Positions 49,524 through 56,467 of a stretch of DNA of 64,000 nt are shown piece after piece; within the stretch, counting starts at the first letter, position 1, and each line of letters starts with the position of its first letter. Origin of the DNA: an uncultured Leptospiraceae bacterium (GTDB lineage Bacteria; Spirochaetota; UBA4802; JAGODF01); the NCBI GenBank assembly GCA_964627815.1, contig CAZVKE010000005.1, forward strand, positions 270,083-334,082, read 5' to 3'. Below the pieces are notes generated by a model that was not told the origin of the DNA, did not search any database, and saw nothing but the letters and a program-made list of their open reading frames with translations. The translations under genes were made by a program, and so were the position numbers.

Positions 49524-51590
49524 ATGCATTACCAACAAATCACAACTGACGCAATTTGTCAACAAAAAAATCATGATTTAAAATTTTATTTCGATATTGA
49601 AAAAGAATGCATCGATCTACTGGCGAAAGAACAGCTCCTCGAATGGGCAATCTCCCCGGAGTTCGGGTTCAGGGAGACGGGAGACGATACGGGTGATCCG
49701 TTCTCTGACGGCGTGTGGTCAGATGATGGCGGTTTCATGCTTCACGACGGCACACTCATAGACGAGGCCGGCATCTGCCATCGTATCGGTGAAAGTTTCC
49801 CGGTGACTCAGCTCATAGCCGGGTGGATCAAAGTCACACCTGAAGAAGTCGCCGAGCGTCTGCTGAAGAAATTCGCTGGCGACGGAATCCCTGGCGCACT
49901 CGATATACTACGAGATCACCGAAGCGGAAGGGAGGAATGGGAACAGCTCGGAAAGCCTGTTCCGGGAGAGCGCGGTCTGGTGTTCAATTCGGTCATGGGG
50001 TATGGCATCGACGAAAATCTCGAACCCGGTTCTCCGGCATGGATAGAAGCCGACCTGAGGAATGCGCAGATCGCCGATGAGGATATGGATGTTGTGAGAA
50101 AACATCATGAGCGGCTGAAGCGTGATCTCGCGACTGAAGAATTACAAGGGGTTGGTATGAATGTGACGCATGCCGAGAGTGGCCCGAAGCTTCCCACGAT
50201 ATCGGGCGGAGTTCCCATGCCGGAGAGCTGGCAATTCAGGCCGAGCGATCTTTCGAATACAGAGATATTCGCGGCGCTGGCACGCGGTCGCGTACTTTAT
50301 ATCCCGGAGCTGAAAACATGGCACTATTGGAGCGGAAAGAGGTGGCAGGCCGATCCCCAACGCATCCAGGTCGAGAAGATAGTCGTTGAAACCATTCAAA
50401 GCATATATGCTCTTTCGGCTGATGCGGCGAGCGAGAGCGAGCGAAAGCTTTACGCGGCATGGGCGCTAAAATCCGAAGATGAGTCGAAACGGCGCGCCAT
50501 TGTTTCGGGAGCAGAGCGTCACTCCGATCTCGTCAAGTCATTATCAGAATTCGACACAGATCCATATATCCTCAACTGTCAAAATGGCGTTATTGATTTA
50601 AGGACGGGGAGGTTTCACGGGCACGAATCCGATGATTATCTTATAAAGATGATCCCGGTCAATTATGACAGAAAAGCAGAGTGCCCCTTGTGGCTCGACA
50701 CTGTATCGAAAATCTTTAACAACGATGCTCCCCTCATGGAATACTTCCAGAGGATCGCAGGTTATACCCTTACCGGAAGCACGAAGGAACAGGCGCTCTT
50801 TTTCGCTTATGGCCGGGGCCGGAATGGAAAATCGACGGTACTCGAAACGCTGTTTCACATCATGGGCGATTATTCGCGGCGCATCGAGACAAACTCCCTG
50901 ATGGCAAAAACAGCGCGAGCGGCAGGATCGGCGAGCGAGGATATCGCGAAATTGAACGGAATACGGATGATTCTCTCATCGGAAGTCGAGGACGGACACA
51001 GAATAAACGAAAGCCTCATAAAAGACCTGACGGGCACCGATACGGTCACGGCGCGGCATCTGTATTCGCGATCATTCGATTTCCAGGTAATAGGAAAGAT
51101 TTTCATGTTCGGGAATTACAGGCCGCGCGTAAAGGGACAGGATGAGGGTATCAGACGGCGCGTGAAAATGATTCCCTTTTCTCATACGTTCACCTCACCC
51201 GATAAGGACATGCCCGAAAAGCTAAAGTCCGAGCTCCCTGGTATATTGAATTGGATGATAGAGGGGTGTATCAAGTGGCGGTCTGCCGGACTCATGGAAC
51301 CGGAGGCCGTAACAGTGGAAACCAAAAAATATTTTTTGGACAACAATGATCTGCAACTCTATTTCAATGATAATTTCGAAATATGCGAAGGTTCCGCGAT
51401 CCTGTTTTCCGACTTCTATGAAGGATTTATGGAATACACCGGAAAGGGGAAAGTATCGAAAATCAAATTTTCGCAGATGATGTCCGACATACTCGACCTT
51501 CATGTCGAACCGGGTGCCGGAAACAGGAAATATGTACAAGGAATAAGGCGTATTATTCAAGAATATGATGAAATTCCATTCATGGAATAG
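49524..51590 (+). CDS. Primase-helicase of the phage/plasmid P4-alpha / D5 NTPase family
   Basis: The C-terminal half carries the D5_N/primase-C region: NGVIDLRTG..., the Walker A GRGRNGKST and ...IRMILSSEVEDG.... Confidence 0.75.
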   Translation: MHYQQITTDAICQQKNHDLKFYFDIEKECIDLLAKEQLLEWAISPEFGFRETGDDTGDPFSDGVWSDDGGFMLHDGTLIDEAGICHRIGESFPVTQLIAGWIKVTPEEVAERLLKKFAGDGIPGALDILRDHRSGREEWEQLGKPVPGERGLVFNSVMGYGIDENLEPGSPAWIEADLRNAQIADEDMDVVRKHHERLKRDLATEELQGVGMNVTHAESGPKLPTISGGVPMPESWQFRPSDLSNTEIFAALARGRVLYIPELKTWHYWSGKRWQADPQRIQVEKIVVETIQSIYALSADAASESERKLYAAWALKSEDESKRRAIVSGAERHSDLVKSLSEFDTDPYILNCQNGVIDLRTGRFHGHESDDYLIKMIPVNYDRKAECPLWLDTVSKIFNNDAPLMEYFQRIAGYTLTGSTKEQALFFAYGRGRNGKSTVLETLFHIMGDYSRRIETNSLMAKTARAAGSASEDIAKLNGIRMILSSEVEDGHRINESLIKDLTGTDTVTARHLYSRSFDFQVIGKIFMFGNYRPRVKGQDEGIRRRVKMIPFSHTFTSPDKDMPEKLKSELPGILNWMIEGCIKWRSAGLMEPEAVTVETKKYFLDNNDLQLYFNDNFEICEGSAILFSDFYEGFMEYTGKGKVSKIKFSQMMSDILDLHVEPGAGNRKYVQGIRRIIQEYDEIPFME

Positions 51591-51688
51591 TTACCGAGTT
51601 ACCGAGTTACTCATTTTTTAGGAATTTCACTACGCGAGGCCATTCAAGGAAAAGTCTTATAAAATGAGTAACTGAGTAACTGAGTAAC
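51590..51688. repeat. Inverted arrays of AGTTAC-type iterons; candidate replication origin or primase-binding site
   Basis: gttaccgagttaccgagttactcat ... 50 nt ... atgagtaactgagtaactgagtaac. The arms are imperfectly complementary and each contains 3 direct 8-nt repeats. It lies immediately 3' of the primase gene. Confidence 0.6.
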
Positions 51689-51706
51689 TTTTATAGGGGG
51701 GCAATC

Positions 51707-52117
51707 ATGCGATTTATTCAATATCGATCGATTGACAATAACGTCTATCACTTCGATTTTTCGGGTTTTGAGGTCGACGAATCGCTCCTGCCGACAGGAC
51801 GACACGCGCGAGACGCTCTTTCCCCTGACGACCGGATCAGGTTCGCCGACGAGCTGCGGGGCGCGGCCGATCGCTGGCAACGCGGGGCGGCTCCTCAACC
51901 GGAACCGGAGACGAACGGGAGGAGGATCATATACGACGCGCTCGCGCCTGGGGAGCCTCTTTTCATCGGACAGGTAGTCGAGAGGACGGGATTGCCTTAC
52001 AATAGGGTAAAATTTTCATTGTTTGATATGCATAGAGCTGGAAAAATAGAAAAAGTTGGTCGCGGGAAGTACAGAAAGTTGGTGCCGCAGGATGGGCAAC
52101 TTTCAGACCAACTTTGA
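51707..52117 (+). CDS. Hypothetical protein with a C-terminal winged-helix-like segment
   Basis: ...LFIGQVVERTGLPYNRVKFSLFDMHRAGKIEKVGRGKYRKL. Followed by a terminator hairpin at about 52190..52225. Confidence 0.45.
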   Translation: MRFIQYRSIDNNVYHFDFSGFEVDESLLPTGRHARDALSPDDRIRFADELRGAADRWQRGAAPQPEPETNGRRIIYDALAPGEPLFIGQVVERTGLPYNRVKFSLFDMHRAGKIEKVGRGKYRKLVPQDGQLSDQL

Positions 52118-52474
52118 CGGCCTTTTTATAGGCGCTGAAGGTTCATTCTCCATGGAAAAATAGACTTTTGCCGGCGTGGAGGCGTCGGTTCGCTCGCCCT
52201 GGGTAAAACCGGGGCTTTTTTATCAAGTAAAGTTAACACTTTATGTAAACCGGTTTTTCAAAACCTCATAGAAATCGTCGCGCGGGCGCTTGCACCTGAT
52301 GTCGAGAGGGGCTCCGGTCAGGACCCGTTGACTATTAAAAATAATGAAATGGATTATTATTTTTCTTGCCCCCTGGCGGGGGTGGGGGGAGGGTATACCC
52401 GTATACAGGTGAGGAGCAAGAGGGTGCCGTCCTCTTTGATGATTGATGCATGATGATTTCAATAATAGGTTGGT

Positions 52475-52684
52475 GTGCGTGCCATGAGGCGCAGAACTTT
52501 ATTTATAATAACAATAGCGTTATTCCTGTCCTGCTCGGATAGGACACCGAAATTCTGTCATAAGGAATTCAAATTATGTATAGATCGTGGTAATGAAGCC
52601 AGCGCATGCTTTTCGAGGGTGAATGCGTGCCTTAAGTTTGTTGAAAGATATCGCCCTACATCGGAGCAGGGCGAAGGGAGGTAA
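52475..52684 (+). CDS. Small Cys-rich putative lipoprotein
   Basis: MRAMRRRTLFIITIALFLSCSD has a lipobox-like LSC. There are six Cys in 69 aa. AT-rich. Confidence 0.35.
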   Translation: MRAMRRRTLFIITIALFLSCSDRTPKFCHKEFKLCIDRGNEASACFSRVNACLKFVERYRPTSEQGEGR

Positions 52685-52686
52685 AA

Positions 52687-53589
52687 CTATATTGACTTTA
52701 AAGTGTTATAAAAATCATCTTCATTGATTATTGGAATATAAATACCATCGTTTCTCAATCTCATCACTTTCTCAATTTTCCTTCCATACGTAGAATAGAT
52801 CCAACATGGATTAGAAAGCGCTCCGACAACAAGATAATTTAATCCCTTAATAACACTATTGGCAACGAAACCACCCTTCAAAACCAAAAGAGATTGAATA
52901 TCTTTTCTTGTTCCATATTTCATTTGTCCAGTTAAGCAAAAATGTTTTCGGTGAATAATTATATCTATATCTTTATCAACAATTCTATCAATCGTTTTCA
53001 ATACTGGCGCATTGGTATTCATCCAGTAGTCAACAAACATAGATGAATCTTTTGCTTGGTTATCTGATTTTTCTTCTGCAAAACATTTTGCAAATGAAAT
53101 AAAATCTTCCTTCTCTTTTTCTGTAATCTTGCCATCTTTTAAAATATTTCTAACTAAGTCATAACACTCGCTATATGGCCACAATCCTATATTGGAATTG
53201 TGATATGTTAACCATTTTTTAAGAGCCTCTAACTCCAACGTGTTTATTTCCCTATCGCACACTATCCCATGAAGAAACCCATGCAGATTCCTCATCTCTT
53301 TTGTCATTTGATCGATAGGGCCCTCCAGGGCCTGAAATTGATCACAGAAGTCAATTATCTCTTCTTTTTCATACTGGTCAATAATTCCATCTTCTAAAAT
53401 TCCATCGATGAAAGTATATGCTTCAGAAAAGGGATATATGTGACTAAAATTCTTATGGTTATCAAGCCATGTTTTTAATGATTCTATCTCTTTAATATTT
53501 ATTTCTCTATCGGCGGCTATACCCTTCAGTAATCCCTCTAATGTGTGAATGGCTCTTGATGCTTCAGTAATTTTCCCGGTAATAGCCAT
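52687..53589 (-). CDS. Protein with an N-terminal tandem ~85-aa helical repeat and a C-terminal BRCT domain
   Basis: The repeats are REINIKEIESLKTWLDNHKNF..YPFSEAYTFIDGILEDGIIDQYEKEEIIDF and REINTLELEALKKWLTYHNSN..WPYSECYDLVRNILKDGKITEKEKEDFISF. The C-terminal FCLTG...RKDIQSLLVLKGGFVANSV.KGLNYLVVG...GRKIEKV is a ligase-type BRCT. RBS GGGAGG. Distinctly AT-rich. Confidence 0.6.
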   Translation of the reverse strand: MAITGKITEASRAIHTLEGLLKGIAADREINIKEIESLKTWLDNHKNFSHIYPFSEAYTFIDGILEDGIIDQYEKEEIIDFCDQFQALEGPIDQMTKEMRNLHGFLHGIVCDREINTLELEALKKWLTYHNSNIGLWPYSECYDLVRNILKDGKITEKEKEDFISFAKCFAEEKSDNQAKDSSMFVDYWMNTNAPVLKTIDRIVDKDIDIIIHRKHFCLTGQMKYGTRKDIQSLLVLKGGFVANSVIKGLNYLVVGALSNPCWIYSTYGRKIEKVMRLRNDGIYIPIINEDDFYNTLKSI

Positions 53590-53673
53590 GTCAATCCTCC
53601 CTTTAAATGATATTCAAAACATATGCATATTCATAATAAGGTCAATCATAAAATGATAAGACGTGGAATGAAT

Positions 53674-54345
53674 CTAAAGAACATCTATGCCGAAGGGGAA
53701 GTCTGGTTCATCATCATCGTTGTAGATGTCATAACTGGATAATGAACCAAATTTATTACCCTCACGTCTATGAAATCCGATATACTTTCCGCCGTCCTTG
53801 TGATTCGCCTTAATGAATTTATAAGTAACGATCGTGGATGTGTGGTCTTCCATATTTGCACATTTATGTGAATTATTCTTGAGGGGGTTTTTCTCTTCAT
53901 CATCACAAACCGAAAACCTAAAACCGGATCTACAATATTTATTAAATATGTATGTTGGCTGTGATAGAATTATCTCTTGATACTTGGGGCGCTTATGAAA
54001 AACAATAAGTGAATTCCGCGGGATTACATTATCTTCAATTATTGTATCTTGTGCGAGTCTGCCGCGAACTATTTCTCCCGTTCTATAAAATTCTACTTCA
54101 TGTTCATGGCTCAATTTGAAACCATTGTAATATTCATCATTCTTCAGGAAGGCTATCTTTGTTTCACCGGCCTTGAAAACAAATCTTGTATTATGATTTT
54201 TGCCAAAGTGGTTAAGTGCGTAATTCAAATCCTCAATCTTTTCTATTATTTTCTTTTGACCGAGTGTTTTATGTGGGAAGAGTCTGACAATTCTCGATAA
54301 TTCAAAATACTTCTCATCATTCATTTTGTGAATTACCGAGAACAT
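53674..54345 (-). CDS. Hypothetical 223-aa protein (no recognisable family), co-operonic with the BRCT protein
   Basis: AT-rich ORF. Contains a Cys/His cluster, CRSGFRFSVCDDEEKNPLKNNSHKC. Its start is 18 nt after the RHH stop. Confidence 0.5.
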   Translation of the reverse strand: MFSVIHKMNDEKYFELSRIVRLFPHKTLGQKKIIEKIEDLNYALNHFGKNHNTRFVFKAGETKIAFLKNDEYYNGFKLSHEHEVEFYRTGEIVRGRLAQDTIIEDNVIPRNSLIVFHKRPKYQEIILSQPTYIFNKYCRSGFRFSVCDDEEKNPLKNNSHKCANMEDHTSTIVTYKFIKANHKDGGKYIGFHRREGNKFGSLSSYDIYNDDDEPDFPFGIDVL

Positions 54346-54363
54346 TAAAGACGCACCATGTGG

Positions 54364-54534
54364 GCTAATTTTTAGATTTTGGCAATATTCGTTTTTCTAT
54401 GGCGTGTTTAATCGCATTCCCTACAAAATCTTGAATACTTATCCCATTCTCTGCGCAAAAAACCTTTAAAGCTCGCATTTCTTCGGAGGGAAGTCTGAGG
54501 GTTGTTTTTGATAATCCTTCGTTCATTTTATTCA
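54364..54534 (-). CDS. Ribbon-helix-helix (CopG/ParD-like) DNA-binding protein, 56 aa
   Basis: Not in the ORF track (under 60 aa). Hand translation: MNKMNEGLSKTTLRLPSEEMRALKVFCAENGISIQDFVGNAIKHAIEKRILPKSKN, with a TLRLPSE beta-strand followed by two helices. The upstream intergenic region carries the inverted repeat ctgtcaag...cttgacac.ttgacag. Confidence 0.55.
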
Positions 54535-54642
54535 TGATTTAATATACACATGGTATTTTTTTCTGTCAAGACAAAAATATCTCTTGACACTTTGACAGCA
54601 AGGTGTCATTGTTCTTATATATTAACAATTGGAGGTTTTAAA

Positions 54643-54795
54643 ATGAATATACTGCTCGAAACACTTAACGAACGCGAACGCGAATTGGATGAGAGGGAAG
54701 CTCGCATAATAAATAATCACCGGAACATTGTTTGCATGCTCAAAGTGGTTAAAGAGCTGCTGGACGAAGCCATTTACGGCAAGAAAGTGGCGTGA
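54643..54795 (+). CDS. Small coiled-coil protein (50 aa), divergent from the RHH operon
   Basis: GGAGGT RBS. MNILLETLNERERELDEREARIINNHRNIVCMLKVVKELLDEAIYGKKVA. Confidence 0.35.
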   Translation: MNILLETLNERERELDEREARIINNHRNIVCMLKVVKELLDEAIYGKKVA

Positions 54796-54860
54796 GTTTA
54801 TCGGTATATGGGTACATATAACCCCGCAAAAACTGCGGGGATTTTTTTATCATATCTCAC

Positions 54861-54880
54861 CGGTAGCACCCGGTAGCAAA
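54861..54880 (+). promoter_or_regulatory. Tandem CGGTAGCA(C/A) motifs (attR-side arm-type sites)
   Basis: cggtagcac-c-cggtagcaaaaa. A third copy at 54977..54985 abuts the attR core. Confidence 0.4.
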
Positions 54881-54984
54881 AATAGACATTTTTTGCGGGT
54901 CGTATGGTCTTTTTCTTGACAGAATGGGGCGTAAAAGTACATAAAAGTATATCGAATCGCTTAACGGGCGTTTATTCGGTAGCA

Positions 54985-55029
54985 CTTCTAAGCCGTGGGT
55001 CAGAGGTTCGAATCCTCTCGGGCGTGCAT
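54985..55029 (+). repeat. attR core: duplicated 3' half of tRNA-Arg(TCT)
   Basis: Identical 45-mer to 43915..43959. No 5' tRNA half is present here. Confidence 0.85.
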
Positions 55030-55435
55030 TTCCTTCCCTGTTTCCAGCAATACCGATTTCCCGGCACATATATCAACACATATCCAATCTTCCGATTCTG
55101 AAACAGCCGTGCCGGTCAGGCATGATCGATTATTATAATATGCATACTTATATATAAAAATTATCAGCGTAACACTTTTATTGTATTGACGCTGATTTCA
55201 CCCAAACCTATTGTTTTGCACGAATCGTGAATTCGTTATCCGGAAACTGCGATGAAAAGGAAAGAACTCATACTGATACCTTATGAGTTCTCACAGAGCG
55301 CAGGGCACGCTTCGCAGTTGATTTTTAATGTGAAAGGCGGAACTCATGAAGTATGACTAATATCCTTCCATCGCATTCCCCCAAAGCACATTTGCGTCAA
55401 CTGCATACAATTAAGGATTGTATCGGGAGGACATC

Positions 55436-55633
55436 ATGACAAAAATACCGCTTGGGGAACTGCTTGTAGAAGATGGTATACTTACCCCGGATCAGCTTCA
55501 AACGGCCATGGACATTCAGAAAAAAGAAGGCGGCCTTATTGGAGTTATCCTCATCAACCTCGGTCATATCGACGAGAAGACACTTATTAAATATCTGGCC
55601 CTTCAAACAGAAAGCGTGATCAACTCAAAATAA
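55436..55633 (+). CDS. Stand-alone MshEN-type (GspE N-terminal-like) domain protein; putative c-di-GMP receptor
   Basis: MTKIPLGELLVEDGILTPDQLQTAMDIQ-KKEGG-LIGVILINLGHIDEKTLIKYLALQ. This gives two 24-residue (R/P)LGxxLVxxGhhxxxxLxxxLxxQ motifs separated by 5 residues. RBS GGGAGGA. Confidence 0.55.
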   Translation: MTKIPLGELLVEDGILTPDQLQTAMDIQKKEGGLIGVILINLGHIDEKTLIKYLALQTESVINSK

Positions 55634-55686
55634 TCTGTCGTCCCTGACGATTATCTTTCCTGATCGCCGCTTATTACGCTTCCGCG

Positions 55687-56178
55687 TCAGCGCTCAGCAG
55701 GCGTCCGGGAATCGTTCTGTTTGATCATTTGTTCAAGCTCGCCGACCAGAGACTCATAATAGGCGTTTGAGAAGAAACGATAGATATCAATCCTGTCATT
55801 TTCAAATGTCCGGAGTATCTGCCTGTACTGGCTCGCGCCCTCGGTATGGTCGGCGCATATACCGTGCCGTTTTCCGTATCCGCACAGGAGGCAGCTCGGG
55901 TTGTTTGTGGCCCTGCCGCACCCTTCATGTTTGTATTCGTATTTATGGCAGAAGGGGCAGAACTCGTAGCGGAGGCCTGAGCATTTATGATGAAACACAT
56001 TGTATTTTATCTTGCCCCAGACATCCTGTGCCTCCTTCTCCTCCCAGCTCATTATATCATCGCGGTCGCCATCGTTGAAATACCACTCGGAGGGAATGGT
56101 AAGTTCCTCCTGCATCCAGGCGGCTTTTTTTTCCATAAACTGAACAAGGGCGCTGTTGTAGGCTTTCATGGCGGTCAC
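55687..56178 (-). CDS. Cys/His-rich hypothetical protein (putative metal-binding)
   Basis: HHKCSGLRYEFCPFCHKYEYKHEGCGRATNNPSCLLCGYGKRHGICADH. Confidence 0.45.
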   Translation of the reverse strand: MTAMKAYNSALVQFMEKKAAWMQEELTIPSEWYFNDGDRDDIMSWEEKEAQDVWGKIKYNVFHHKCSGLRYEFCPFCHKYEYKHEGCGRATNNPSCLLCGYGKRHGICADHTEGASQYRQILRTFENDRIDIYRFFSNAYYESLVGELEQMIKQNDSRTPAER

Positions 56179-56467
56179 ACTCCGGAAATATAGATCGGTA
56201 TGAGATGGATAATTGCTGTTTAAAGCTAATCTTGATACTCTTTACCTGTCAATTTTTTTTCATCATTTATGTTTGCATCCGGAAATATTGTTCTCAGGTC
56301 CTCGCTTCAGCAGCATAAGGGGGATATATCCCCTGATCAGATAAAAAATGTATCGACATCTACCGGTATGGCGTCGCACTGTTGTTGTCATGCGAAAAAG
56401 CGGCATTGTCCGCAAAGGCCCGGAGATGTGCCTTTATCAACGGCATCAGTGTGATATAATTACGGAT

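Larger units (their letters stand above)
43915..55029 (+). mobile_element. Integrated mobile element (P4-like satellite or degraded prophage island) in tRNA-Arg(TCT), bounded by 45-bp direct repeats
   Basis: The 45 nt cttctaagccgtgggtcagaggttcgaatcctctcgggcgtgcat occur at 43915..43959 (the 3' half of tRNA-Arg) and again at 54985..55029. Between them lie an integrase, an Xis-like protein, a primase-helicase, a tape-measure-like protein and AT-rich cargo. Confidence 0.85.

Noticed and set aside
52241-52462. 73-aa minus ORF in the island's AT/GC transition zone
   Set aside because: It has no RBS and lies in a repeat-rich (gtatac) spacer.
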